Assembly (NCBI GenBank): GCA_030704615.1
Contig: CM060731.1
Span: forward strand, 57,970,001-58,034,000
Direction: 5' to 3'
From: Takakia lepidozioides
Taxonomy: Eukaryota > Plantae > Bryophyta
Length of the DNA stretch: 64,000 bases
The translations under genes and the position numbers were made by a program. The notes beneath the pieces are model-generated. The model was not told the origin of the DNA. It ran no database searches and saw only the letters and a list, made by a program, of their open reading frames with translations. Positions within the stretch are counted from its first letter, which is position 1; the number at the start of each line of letters is the position of its first letter. Positions 14,291-28,031 of the stretch are shown here, in pieces.

Positions 14291-15207
14291 CAAGATACAA
14301 TTCTTCTGTGAATCATCTTCACTGTCAATAGTTTATGAATTGGTTTTTGGAAGATGTTGTGAGGATGATTCTAGGTTCTGTTGTTGGTGTTTCGAAGGCA
14401 CAACCCAAAAGCTTGGAAATGCAGGGTAAAATTTGAAAGCGTCTTGTGACATTGCATAATCGACACGTCTGGGTCGACAACACCGGCATCGGTCCCTGTT
14501 ATGAACAGAGCCTTGTGGTGGTGTTTATTGATGCTCTTGGACCGCTTCGATTGACTTTTCAAAGGCGATCGACCTTTGTGAGGCGATGACCACGTAAGCC
14601 GGACTTTATCCATGTTCGCCTCGTCACAAGACTAGTATGTCTGTATGTCGTCTCCGAACTCTTCCTCTTGCACACGAACGCAAAGATCCCGCAGAATTCT
14701 CGCACCTTACATGCATCTACGTTTAATGTCAGTCTAGTGCTGATGGATCATGGTAGGTAGGCATCTCATAGAGATGCAGCAATAGAATGAATGAATGAAT
14801 GGAAAATGATTATAAGGAACACAAAGCTAGGAGCCTGTGGGACATCAATTGACGAGAGGTCATCAAATTATAACTTGATAAATGTTGGATTTGGCTCTAA
14901 ATTCTACTTGAGTGCCATGAAAAAGGTGGTTGAAGAAACATTGTGGAGCTTAGCACTCTAGCCACAGAAGCGGTTTTGTTCGCCTCCTATTACGTTTTGA
15001 GATGTTTGGATGACCCTTAATCGAGAAATGACAGTGCAACTATAGGTTTTCAACCGAGTTGTATGCGTCGTGTTGAACGATAGAAAACACTAACAAATTA
15101 ACAAAGATCCTCAATTCAAGTTCGAACCTCCTTCCAACAGTTCAAGCTCATTCACCATGCATGGTACAATGCTCCCATTCATCAACCTCATTGGGTTCGA
15201 CTCCAAT

Positions 15208-15475
15208 GACCTATTTCTATTCGGTTGACTGCCAAACTCGATGGCCAAGTGGTTGTTGTGAATAATGTGATCATCCCAAATAGCTCTACATCCGGGGGCA
15301 TTAATCTACACTTCTTCTGTGCAATTCCACAAATGATGTACTTACACTCTATTCATTAGTCCTTTCAGTCAATTGTGGATTTAGTTTCAAACGCATCTAC
15401 TTCAGATTTCTATGTAAAAATATTTGAACATAGAGTCATATTACGGAGCTCGAAAGTAGGCAGTGAGTCAAAAAT
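15208..15475 (+). pseudogene. Third expansin fragment (end of last exon plus 3' UTR)
   Basis: Near-identical to ~12738-12990 (ttctattcggttgactgccaaactcgatggccaagtggttgttgtgaat...). In addition, 16070-16145 matches the downstream flank of copy 1 (7095-7170). Confidence 0.85.
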
Positions 15476-16160
15476 CGTTCTTCACGGAGTCTCTCGTTGT
15501 CCTTGGTGAGCTCGATTAATAACAGAGCAACAACCACAACCTCTCTCCTCGTGTCTTCTTTTGTGACCTGAGAGAGAGATTTCAGTAAAGTGAGAAAAAT
15601 AATGTAAGTGATACCTAAAACTAGAGGTAAATACTCAAACTGTTTTACGGGTTCTAAATACATACCTTGGCAACTCTTGCAACTCTGGCCGGCTCCTCTG
15701 AAAGCCTTTGCTGGGGACTACATAGTAAGCAAAATAGTGATTAGGTCAACAATGTGGTTCCATGAGACAGTTGTTTCTCTGTTCTGTTCTAGGCAAGAGA
15801 AAACATATACCCACATGTATTGTACATATATGGAAAACATATTTAATTTTCGGTCGTCAGGCAATTGTACTACGACATAATTGGGGCTCATATTGCTCTG
15901 AGCTATGTTGGTGTAGGGATCAAGAGTTTGTACTCGAATATTATTTTGGCTGTTGTCTTAAATGTTTATTTATAAGTACTATGCACAAATATTATTCAAG
16001 TCTGGTTCCTAGTATAATTATGATGTGACATGCTTTCCTCTGAGATAAATCTAATATTCATGGAATGTATTCAGAATTAAATCAAGATATTTTCAAGTCT
16101 TTTAAGGCGCAATCCCAATCTACAAACTGAATTCATAGTGTATTGACGGTAACAATGTCC

Positions 16161-18921
16161 ATTTTTTATTTTATTTTTCCGCCAATATTCATAGTTTTAT
16201 TATAATAATTATTTGTGGGGAAAAAAATTAAAACCCCGTTGAAACGCCGTACAGGCACACACGCGTAATCAGTGAAGGTGGAACTGTCCTCCTATAAGGA
16301 GTGTATCAATGCGAGAACAACTAGCATCAACCTAGATGGATGCTAAACACCTCCACAGTGGATCTGTGAAATAGTGCTAGCCAGATTGGCCATCCATCCA
16401 ATCCTAGATGAAAACCTTCCTCTCAGTGTTGGATTGCTTTTCGAGAAGAGAAGTGTTTTGGCGAGCCCTAAGGTGTGGATGCTTAGGGGGTCGGGGTGGA
16501 CGAGCAAAAGCTCTATGGACTGCAGACTAGGATTTGTAGCTGCGTTTCAAGGTAAGCATCACTATGCGAAGATTCAGCTAAACAAGATTGGCTACACTGC
16601 TTGGGTCCATTGGAGGATATGCAGTTGTCTAACGAAACCTGAGCCTGGCAGCCATCTTGATGTGCCTCCAGTTAACATCCCTGTCAAACTCTGGGGATGC
16701 CCCCATGGATTGTTGTCCCGAGATCCCTCCAAGAGTGGGGGGGGGGGAGTGTTGACCTGTTGATTGATCGCTGGTAGTGCAAAGGTGCCCACTGACTGCC
16801 CAAGTGCCCCGGAATGAGGCATGCAATCCTGCTGCATTTTGGGGGGGCCTTCGAATATCTGCACACAGTTTCAACCATGCCTTTCTTGCCTCAATTTGCA
16901 AGTCCCAGAAATTGAATGTGACAGTGACCAGGCACACCGTGATTTCCATATGTGCCATAGAGTAGATGCTCGAAGAGACTCGAAGACCGGACGGTGTATT
17001 GTTGTGCTTTTAGAGTGTGTGTCATAGTTAAGCAGCAGCTTGATGGGTGACAGTGGCTGAGGGTCCCAATCTCTGTATAGTTCTTTCACTAGGGTCCAGA
17101 TTTTTTTGGGAGCGTGGCAGCCTAGAAGGCAATGCTCGAGCGTTTCCAACAAGCTTGAGGTACAACATTTGCATAGAAGAGCTTCCTGAAATTGCATCCA
17201 TTCTCCCCACCTTAAGCACCTTGTTTGCAATCTGCCAGAGGAACGCAGATAATTTTGCAGGCCTAGTTTTTTCCCATATAGAGCTCCAGATAGCTTTCCA
17301 AATCTCATTCTTGAAGCCGTAGGATTGCCATTCGGTGTTCCATTTATCATGCAGGGGTTCCGGGGCTGCCATGGCTCTGTATGCTTTCCTAGTGGTATAT
17401 GCAAAGAAGGGGGTTGGGGATCCTTTGAATGACCAGCTCCATTCCTTGGGGTCAAATTGCAGGTCTGCCAGAGGCCTTCCCAAAACCCAGAGGAAGGTGG
17501 AACTCGCCAGCCAGGTATGAATGGGCATAGCAGGGTCTGGTCCGGGTTCATATCCTTTGAGTTTTAGGACCAGGAGCAAACTCTTATGGGTGTATGGATG
17601 AACAGAGGGATATGTAACGGGGTCTGGTTTTGAAGGGATAGAATCATTGTAACTGGGTGGATTGAAAATGGAAATCCAAGTAGGGCATTTTGAACTCTAT
17701 CCTGGATGAAGAAGACCGAGAGGGTGTTGTTCACAATTCCCACAGTCCAGAAGTTAGTGTTTGGAGATGAGCCTCCAGATTGCAAAATTGCAAGCCAGGA
17801 AGATGGGATAGAGTCTTGGACGGCCTGATAGCCATTTGCAGCCCTCGCCTTGCCAATTTTGAGAGCTATGGATGTATGGTCCTTAAATGAGTGGTTGAAC
17901 CAGATGTCTTTGACTTGAGTGACTCCATTTCTGTCCCAAGAAGACCATCTTTTTGCCTGGGTTCATTGAGCTTGAGATGGTTTGTTGATGTTTAGAAATA
18001 AATGTTGCCTCATGGTTTCGTCATAGGATAGCGGTTCTGATTTTTTGAGGAAAGATCTTAGCCTTCCCCATGCATGCCAGATGGTTGACCATAGAGAGGA
18101 ACCAGCCGATTTGTGTTTGAATCCTTGTGTCACCCAACGAAAGGATGGGTTCCATAATGAGTGTCTGAGAGGTGAGGAGGTTTGGTGAACCCCGAATCTC
18201 GACAAAATGAATCCAGAGTTTCTGATGTGCTGTTGAGGTTTGTTGTGGTTGCTTCCAGAATTAAAAGAGTGTCATCTACAAACATGGAGTCTTTGATTTG
18301 TGCCGGATGTTGTGTATGATAGTTAGAGACCTGAAGTCCCAGGGTGTCATAGTTGTTTTCTAACAAATATCCCAGGGAATCTGCCACAAATAGGAAAAGG
18401 AAGGGAGCAAGGGGGCAACCTTGCTTGACCGATCTGTAAAGAGAAAATGGTTTGGAAAGCTGCCCGTTGACTATGACTCTGCTGGAGGAGTTTGCCAGCA
18501 GAATGCGGACCCACTGACAGAACGAGTCTGGAGGCCTACCTTGGTAAGGGTCCCTAATAGGTATGACCATCCCACCCTATCAAAGGCTTTCTCAAAATCT
18601 AGGAGCAACATAGCAATGGTTTGGTCTGTTTTTTTAGCGAAGTGTGGTGCCTCTTGAGCCAGGAGGAGGTTATCCATGATGTAGCGACCCTTAATGAAAC
18701 CTGTTTGGTTTGGCATAATTAGTTTGGGCAGCAGTGGTTGGAGATGCAGCACCAGTGCTTTGGCTATGATCTTGTAAGCCACGTTGAGAAGGGTGATGGG
18801 GCGGTAGTTAGAGATGTTGGTACGGTGCCCTTTCTTGAAGAGAAGAGTCACCATCCCTTGGGACATGGAAGCAGGCCTCAGACCCACCTCAAAGATGTGA
18901 TTTTCCATGGAGAGAAAGTCT
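16161..18921 (-). mobile_element. L1-type LINE, 3' part: reverse transcriptase, zf-RVT cysteine region and A-rich tail
   Basis: NYRPITLLNVAYKIIAK, QTGFIKGR, LLDFEKAFDRV, KQGCPLAP, FVDDT and CKCC...ETLEHCLLGC. T-rich tract at ~16161-16210 is the minus-strand A tail. Several frameshifts. Confidence 0.92.
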
Positions 18922-19820
18922 TTGCACTACTATGTTTGGGGGGGGGGGGGGTTGGGGTTTAGCGATGCCTCAGCGACCTCCAAACGCCGCGCCTAGCGAC
19001 GAAAATACACTATAGCGCCCGGGGCACGCCGGGGACAAATTGCGACATCGGGAAGTCGCCGCCACGTCGCTCCCGGAACGTCGCAGATTAGCGACCTAAG
19101 GGAATCGCTAATCCCCCGGGTCCAACTAGCCACGACCAGCGACGGCGAAAAGACGCCGCTCCTCCGGGGCATCGCAATATGGCGACTCCCATGAGTCGCA
19201 ACAAAGGGCAGGGAGGGGGGTCCATCCCTTCCCCTGTGTCATGGGGCCGTCGCAAGGACGTCGGCCATTCCCAGAATTAGCCACGCGCTGGCGTCGCCCA
19301 AACGTCGCAACCAGGCGATGCCCGGGAATCGTCATGACGTCGCCGCCATTTGGGGGCGTTGCTAGACCCCCATGGGTAAGGAGGTTCGGTAGCGACGCCT
19401 GGGAATCACAGGGACGTCGCAGCCCCCGGGGGCCGTTGCTAGCTCCATGGGAGGGCACGTTCGTGTGCGACTCCCTGGAGTTGCAACAACGTCGCAACCC
19501 CTTTGTGGCATTGCTAGCTCCACGTTGGCATGGTTCTGTTGCGATGGCGGGGAATCGCAGCAGAGTCGCTGGTCGCACCCGGCCGTCGCGCCGACGTCGC
19601 TGGGTGGGAGGGTAGCTAGCTGGTATTTGGGGTGGAGTTTTGGGGTTTTTTTTTCGTTTTGGGGGGGGGGGGTTTCTTGGGGGTTGGGGTGTGCCTCGTG
19701 CTTGCATGAAATGCATGCATTCTAATCTATAGGTTAGATTAGAATCCACATGTCCATTAAGGTTAGAATGAGGCTCGAAATGGTAACTGAAGAAATATAT
19801 ACATAAAACGAGTACTACCT

Positions 19821-22092
19821 TTACATGTCTCTAACTGGGAACCATCCCTCACTCCTCATCACCTGAGTCATAGGTGTACTCGTCCGAGGAATGCAAGCTA
19901 CGCTGGCCTCCAATTTGAAGGATGATGAGGCCGAGTCCAAGATTACATCATCCTTTGAACCACCTCCTACTACTGGCTCTCCCCCATCTGGTCGAGCCAC
20001 TGAACTACCCATCCCCACCCCTACAGATGCACTATCCTCCGTCAATTGTGGCATCTTGGCCATTGAGGCTACAAGGGCCTTCCACCCCTGAGTCTTGCAA
20101 AAGTTGTGTTCGATGGCGGAGGGAGGCCTCTCAAACTTCTTTTTCTGCACATGACATACAAATGCAATGATAGGTCAGAATTCATAATGGAAGGGAGAAG
20201 CTAAAAAAGAAGAATGGGTATGACAAGAGAAAGAACACTTACGAATCGGGTGACAAAACTCTTGAATATGCCGGGGCCCCACTTGTGTATTGATTCCGCA
20301 CACTTCTCGAGGCGGGCTGCAGTTGCCGCACGTCCCCTTGCGAAGATCTCCGCCTTCAGCTCTTCCCTCTCCCCTGCGATGAGAGCCTCCCAAGATTCAT
20401 GTCCAGCCCCAACAAAGACACTATAAATGTTAATGAACTCCATACTGCAATGAACATGCATTCAAAGACACCAATGACAAGTGAAGTGCGTCTTACCTTG
20501 GTTATTCCATGTAACATGGTCGTTGGTTCGACCCCCGCCTTGAGTGCCTTGCGATTGGTTTGTCGCGCACGGTACCTCTTGTCCTTGAGGTTCTTTCCCA
20601 CCAGCTCCAAGAGCTCCCCCTCATTCCACTCACCCGGAAATGTGCCCTCAAGTGCTTGCACGAATGCTCGCCTATGGCGATGTGATTGGCGTGGCCAATC
20701 AATATGCCAAGGGAACCACCTTGCCGCCAAGTCGAAGGCTACTTTTTTCATGGCCTCCCAATACTCACCAATGGGGTCACCGACCTTATTGGTCTCTAAG
20801 GGGGGCACCTTCATCTTTGGCAAATCAAGGTTGCGGGGACCCGAGGTCTTTACCTCGTCCACGCTCTTATGAACTACCTCTCCCTTGTCTTTTGTTGCCC
20901 CGCTAATGCCCTCCACCGGCTGCACGCTCATCTGAACTAGCTCCCCCTTGTCTTTTGTTCCCCCACTAATGCCCTCCCCCGGCTGCACCTCTCTCCTTCT
21001 ACGCCTCTTTCTCTTACGCTCCCTCTCCTGGGCCTGTCCTTTCCCCTTCCCCTCCACTACTTCCCTACCCTCCTTGATGATTAGGGGAACCTCGAGGACA
21101 CGACGTCTTTTCCTCTTCCTCTTACCGTCCCCACGGGTAGGCACCACCACTGTCCCTGCTTTGTCGGTGGCAATCCCACTGCTTGCCACAAGCTTAGCCA
21201 CGAATGCGCCAAGCTCCTGAACACAAAACCCACAAAATTAGAAACAAACCAGAAACAAAATGAAAGGCAAAGGAAAGAAAAAAAGGTGAAGGAAAGAGGC
21301 TCACCTTTGCGTCCATGACCTCAATGTTGCCCTCGGTCCCCGCTTGTGGTGCACCCCCCATAAGGCCCTTTCGGAATAAGGGTGGAAGCCTATCACATGC
21401 ACCCAATAGGCTCGCAGGCGGCGCCCCAAGTCCAGGGTCTTCTTCATTGACCGTTCAGGCGACGGACTTCGCAAGGGGCCCTCCATAGCCAGTGTCACCC
21501 TCTCCTCTTCCCCCTCCCTTTCCCGTGCCCCCTTATTTCCCTCTTCCCTCTTCCCTCTTCTTGTCTTCCTCCCTCTTCATTTCCTCCTCCTTCCACCTCA
21601 TTGTGGCCTCCTTTGAAGCCTCCCTCTTCTCCCAAGGTGAAGAGGAACCCACCCCCTTCTGAGCCCCCCCCCCCCCTTATAAGCCCTCTTGGCTGCAGAA
21701 GAAGGGGAAAAAGCATTGGCGGTGGGGCTAAGATCAAGTTGCCTATACCTGACGGCAGATCTGAGAATGCGCTTCCTTGCGTAAAAGTCAGGGCCCTCCA
21801 TCAGCCCGTGGGGTGGAGTCCCAGCCTGAACATTGGGTGCACCACCCTCAAGTGGAGGCTCATCCCCAGCCTCAACCTTCGAGGACGTGGAGGCCTCGAC
21901 GGCCTTACGGCTTGGTCCTCTCACATAGCCGCCTATAGGGCTGGTGAGTTTGGACCAAATGGACCGTGTCACATGGCCGTCAATGACGGGAGCGTTGTCA
22001 AGCTTCCCTACCTTAGCAGCAGGCGATTTCTGCTCCTTCGACGACGCCTTCTCCTTGTCCTTCGGCGGCCCCTTCTCTTTGTCCTTCGCCAT
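19821..22092 (-). pseudogene. CACTA accessory (TnpA-like) multi-exon gene, disrupted
   Basis: ORF pieces 21598-22092, 20356-21201 (basic NLS-like runs; YWEAMKKVAFDLAARWFPW...LVGKNLKDKRYRAR, similar in layout to the CACTA2 accessory ORF), 20201-20461 and 19821-20150. Confidence 0.55.
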
Positions 22093-22254
22093 ACTACCAG
22101 CTTATCCCTGCGCCCACAACACTACTACCGTGTGATTTCACATGCCAAAAACCAACAAGGCCTGACCCTCCCCCTTCCCCTCTCTTCCTCTCCCTCTATC
22201 TTTATGTCTCTATAGCTTTGTCTCCCCCTTTCTCTCTCTACTCATAAGCAAAAA

Positions 22255-23372
22255 ATGAAAAGAGTGGGGGGGGAAGTGACTGAGCAGCAGCAGCTGCTGA
22301 GTCACTCCCCCCCCCCCCAACCTTTTATTTTATTTTTCTTCCCTCATCTCTCCCACTCTCTCCCTCTTTTCCCTCATCTCTTCCTCTCTCTCCCTCTCTC
22401 CCTTTGTCCGTCTTTCTCCCTCTGTCCCATCAGGATGTGGAGAGAGAGGGACTGTTGAGGGGGGGGGGGGGGGGAACAAACGGTGGGGGGTGGGGAAATG
22501 ATTGGAGCAGCCCCCCCCCACCTTTTTTTTTTTTTTTGCCCCCCTCAACAATCCCTCTCTCTCCCTCTCTCTCCCTCTGGAAACTGGGCTTATGGAATTG
22601 TTGTCCCGACTTCCATCTTTGAGGAAATTGAAAAAAATTGAAAAATTGGGTTGCAGGGAATTTTGGATGTTTTTCATCCAAAATACAAAATTTTCCCTAG
22701 TGAAATATTTCTTCACTAAATACCTGTGAGTTGCAAAACTCCCGTCAGTATCTACTTTTTCAATCCAACCTGGATGAAAAAAGGACTTCATCTGACAGGA
22801 CCTAAATACGGGGCAAGACAGGTATAAACCCCCGATATTTTTCATCTAACCTAGATAAAATACGGAGTACATCCGTTGAGTGCAAGACAGGATGAAAGCA
22901 CGATGTCTTTCATCTTCCACGGATGAGAAACGGACAACGTCCGTTGGGCGGACAGACTGACGGATGTTTTTCATCCTGAGAATGATGAATGACGGGCCAG
23001 ACAGGGGAAAACCCTGCGCAACCCTAATGTCTTTCATTTTGCGCTGCGAGAGCGCACGCAATGGCGGCTTGTGAGGAGCGATGGTGCTCGTGCTGCAGAT
23101 ACCTTGAGCTGCCAATCCTTGAGTGTTTATGGCTCCTGTGAGCGACACTTGGGCGGGCTCTTTAAGGCAATGGCGGTGGCTTAGAGATGAGGGAAGATTC
23201 CCTGTCTCAGTTGTCTGTTTTTTTGCTGCACAAGGGAACCGCGGCAGTGATGGCGGAGGTACCACCTGCATGCCTATGACGTTTCCCTAGGAGCCCTCCT
23301 CTGGATCTTTGATGAATGGCGGCATAAGGAAGTCTCTCTCCCTCTCTTTATAAACCCTACCTTTTGAGACCA

Positions 23373-23410
<38 letters not shown>

Positions 23411-26400
23411 TTTGGCAAGACCTTGCTTTCGTTAAGGTAGCAGTGTTGTGGTGCTGGCGGAGTCCTCCCTGCACTATTAGGCTTGTGGAGAGATGACGAC
23501 TCTCCCCCAAATAGTAAAAAAAATTCTTTTTCTGTTGATTTTGTTTCCTTGCTTGCTTTGGCATTCTATGCGCTTAGATTGAAGTGTATTTGACCTCGAT
23601 AGCAAGTGTGGAAGCCTACTACTCACCTTGTGCATCCTCACTAACTCACAATGCGTTGTGGTTGTTTTTGGGACGGGCACAGGTGAGGGCTTCCACTTAA
23701 TATTCTGATGTCTAGGTGCTGCTGGATGCCAAGTGGGATTGCAGAGCAGGGGAAGGAATCGTTTGCCAGGGACTCATCTTAAAATGTTGAAAAACTAAAC
23801 TACTCTATGGTTTTTCTTGATCCTCCCTCTTTCCTTCCTTTATTTTTGAAGAACAAGTGTAATGCTTTCTACGATGGGCTATTTTCGGCCCAGCCAATGG
23901 AAGACCTCTGCTTTGTTGTGACAGCCGGGTTTATGATGGCTTGTGTGAGAGACACCATCTGTTTTCCAGGCACTAGTTTGCTTTGCTTACCTTATGGTAG
24001 TTGGAAACAATTTGAGAGGCTGCAAGGAACTGTTTGTTGCAGCTATTCGGGTACCCATATTGGCCCCTGTTATGTTCAAACCCGGATGGCTTTGTTAGCT
24101 AGATGCTTAGGCCAGGGTATGGTGAAGATTCTGCCTGTGGATATTCGGCTGACAATGAAATATGGCAGCAATATATAACTGGTAACTGTTTTTGAGGCAG
24201 CCAGGGTGGTCAAGTGGAAATACCCCCTGGACATGGTGTAATGACATGGTCAAATGTGGAATGATGTGAAGGGTGTACTGACAGTATCATATACTGTCAC
24301 AGGATGTGTATGCAGTCCTTTATCTTCACCTTGCTATGTCATGAACTTTGATTTTCAGCTCTAGCAAGAAATAAAGGTATAGGGGTAGTCTGGAAAACTT
24401 ACCAGATATATCCACCAACCCTGTGGGGGCAAGCTGTGCTGCAGACCAGTCTAAACCAATACTGGCAGGGCAAGGTATTTAAAATCTGTGATGTCCAAGT
24501 ATTCTTTTGTTCTCTCTGATTTCTTAAAAAAACCCTCCATGACACCCATGGGGTTTGAATAAGTATGCTTGGATTACAGCTTGCGGACAATAAATCTGTA
24601 TGACCATTTGACCTGCAACACATCAAGGCCAAAATATGGCCAAGTACCCGCCATCCCACCTAGACCTCTGAATGTATATCCTGATCATGACTGGTGGTCA
24701 ATCAACATCAGTGGCATACTCTTTGGGTTATGAATAATACTGACATGAACACATTACTGTGCATGGATGTAATTCTGGATTTTCTAAAGCTTGATGATTG
24801 ATGGATGGTGCCACTGTTAAGTGGCTGATATGTCTTATTATTCTTCTTATTCATGACAACGACCCTAGGGGTCCTGTCTTTGTCTTGACATGACAAAAAG
24901 TATCTTCCCTCTCTCTCTCTGTCACGCCCCCCCCCCCCCCCCCACCCATCTTTTTTTTGTTTTTCATTTTTTTTCATCTCCTACTGTCCCTCTCTGCCTC
25001 TCTGCCTCTCTCTCCCTCTTTTCCCTCATCTCTCCCTCTGTCCCATGAACATGTGGAGAGAGAGGGACTGTTGAGGGGGAAAAAAAAAAAAAAAAAAAAA
25101 AAGGTGGGGGGGGGGGGGGGAGAGCGACTGAGCAGCCGCTGCGGCTGAGTCACTCCCCCACCGCCCCACCTTTTGTTTTTCTTTTTTTCCCCTCAACAGT
25201 CCCTCTCTCCTTCTGTCCCTCTCTCTCACTCTTTTTCCGCATCTCTCCCTCTGTCCCATCAGGATGTGGAGAGAGAGGGAGAGAGGGAGTGATGACGGAA
25301 AAAACAAAAAAAAAACAAGTGGAGGGGGGGGAGTGACTGAGCAGCAGCAGCTGCTGCTGCTCAGTCAACCCCCCCCCCCCCCCCCATTTTTTTTTTTCCC
25401 TTCCCCTCTCTCTCCCTCTCTCTCCCTCTCTCCAACTACTTGTTTGGGATTATCAATTTTTTTTTCCATAATACTTATTTTGGAAATACGATATATTTTT
25501 AATCCCAATTTTTAAGGTTTCATCCATACTGGATGAAATTTCTGTTATAACCATAACTGGATGATTTATAGGCAGATATGCATTTCAATGCATTTTAGGT
25601 TTATGCTCCTTTGATTTAAACCTATTGAATGCCCATTTTTTCATCCTGGTCTGATACCATCCATACCGGATGGTGGATGAAATCGCGGGTGGTTTTCCTT
25701 TAAGTGTCTCTCTGCCCTAGACACAGCACGATATCGTGCGTGTTTTTTTTCCTCTGGAAGAGGGCGATGGCGGACGAATGCTTGATGGCGGTTGAATGCC
25801 CGAGCAGCAAGATCCGAACGGGTGTGTTCTTGTTTTTTGAACGCGCGATGACGGCAGACACTTTCATCTCCCGCGATGGCAAATGACATAATGTTGTGTT
25901 TGCCTACGTTTTTTCCTCATTGATGAAGCAGCGGCGGTTATGGAGGTGGGGAAGCGGCCTGTATTACAAGATACACATGTCCTCAACTCTCCTCCCGTTG
26001 CATTCTGTTGTGCTCGTTAAATTCAGATGATGAACACTGCAGCGTCCTACTCCACAAAAGATTGAGGTTCTTTGTGGTGTCACATCTATGCTTTCTTCTG
26101 CTGGTTCTGTGATCTTTGCATGCTTTATGGCTCATACCTGACATGGATAGCAACTGTGAAATCATGTAATTCACCTCGCGCATCCTCACTAACGCACAAA
26201 ATATTTTTTGTGTTTGTTTTTGGGACGGGCGCAGGTGAGGATTTCACTTGGCATGAACTCTTTGGCTTGCAGATGATCTGGTAACTGCAGGAGGGATAAG
26301 ATATGCTGCAAGCTGCCGTTGTTGCAATTTTCTGCTTCAAAGGGGATATGCCTTAAACCTTTACTTTGATTTCTGGTTCTTTGGTAACCAAATCTGTTAA

Positions 26401-27900
26401 GTCAGGGAAGTAAATGGGCTGGGCCTCCTAGAAATCAGATCTTATTGTGAAGGTTCAGGCTGGTTGTGATGACAAGGGTTTGGTGGTGCAAGTGTGACAT
26501 TGGATGCATTTTTCCCAGACCTATTTTCTGGCCTTTTGGAGAGTCAGACAGTGCTGTTTATGCCTCACCAGTTTAGAATGTATTAAGTAAGGCATTGGGT
26601 AAGCCTTTTTAAGAACACATACATTCTTTCAGGCTCCCCCATGGAGATTATAACTTGATTACAGACTGGTATTTTTGAGGATCTCTCTAAAACTTGGCAG
26701 AGTGACTGGATAAGGCCCTGGGATACATACCATAGCCCTGCATCTACTTATGGAAGTACAATCAGTTCAGCTTGTGCTTTTAGGAACATGCAGTCCTTTA
26801 AAGCTGTAATAGGGAATTGTTTTCATCAAAGCTCTCACTCTTAGGCCTGCTGGAATGGTTTTCTCAAAGACCTGTTGAACTTACAACATACTTGTTTAAG
26901 CTATTTGAACCCAAGAATTACCAAGCCAGTATTTTTAAAGGGCTTTTTTGATTACGAACTGTATTCTTAAGCTCCCCCCAGAGATTGGGAATGTGACATG
27001 GTAACGACTTACGGGTTTTTGTATGATCATCACAACATTTGCCCTCTGTTTGGTTGTTGTAAGCCACTGGAACACGTACAGCTCTTATTTAAAACTCAGT
27101 ATGTTTTAAATAAAGTGGTTCAGACTTTGATTGATTGACTGTATACAAACGTGCATATATTCTTCAGAACCCTACATGCTCATGATAGTGTTTGTATTTT
27201 TAGAAGACCCCACCCTCCCACCCTATGATTTCAAGAACTTTGAAATCCAGTCTCTTTTATTTAAGATGAACTATTTATGGAGGGGAAGTGTTAACATGAT
27301 GATATAAGGATACCTTGTAATTTAAGGATCTTTTTTCTGGGATTGTACATGTAAGGAGATGTTTGACAATGCCTTGTAATGAGGCTGCTATGTCATTTTT
27401 CTTGACAATGACTTTTACTAAGTCTTGTCTATGTCTTGACATGACATGAATATCTTCCCTCTCTTTTCCCTCATCTCTCCCTCTGTCCCATGAAGATGTG
27501 GAGAGAGAGAGGGAGAGAGGGAGAAAGAGGGAGTGAGGAGGGAAAAAAAAACTAAAAAAGAAGTGGGGGGGGGAGTGACTGAGCAGCAGCTGCTCAGTCA
27601 CTCCCGTTGCTGCTCAGTCACTCCCCCCCCACATTTTTTTTTTTTTTTTCGCCTCATTTCTCCGTCTCTCTCCTCCATCTGTCCCTGTCCCTCTGCTGCT
27701 CACAAAAGAAAAAAACCAGAGAGGGGCTGAGCTGCTGCTGCTCAGTCACCCCGCCGCCCCTACTTCTTTTTTTATTTTCTTGGCCCCCTCTATCCCTCTC
27801 CCTCCCTCTCTCCCGTCTGTCCCTGTCCCTCTCTCTCCCTCTCCTTTGTGCAGGTCCCCAAAAAAAAAATGAAATCTCTCCCTCTCTTTCTCTCCCTCCC
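22255..27900. repeat. Two diverged ~2.5-kb tandem cassettes separated by clusters of palindromic foldback units
   Basis: Hairpin core GGAGTGACTGAGCAGC..GCTGCT(C/G)AGTCACTCCCC near 22275, 25120, 25330, 27570 and 27725. Leader ctctgtcccat..gatgtggagagagaggg near 22420, 25035, 25248 and 27480. Shared internal blocks at 23600-23695 vs 26147-26248 and 24870-24915 vs 27420-27465. Confidence 0.8.
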
Positions 27901-28031
27901 TCTCTCTCCATGAAATTGAAACTGAAGAACACTTCTTCTATTGTCCTATATACTATGAGATTCCGTGGGGATTCCACTATCTACTCCGGGAACCCAAACT
28001 CTCACTATGAAGATCAGAAATGCATGGCTGC

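Noticed and set aside
15476-16030. Possible solo LTR ending ...gtgaca
   Set aside because: No TG start or TSD could be matched
19126-19749. GC-rich ORFs at the CACTA ends (also 39249-39787)
   Set aside because: Translations of gtcgc/gcgac subterminal repeats
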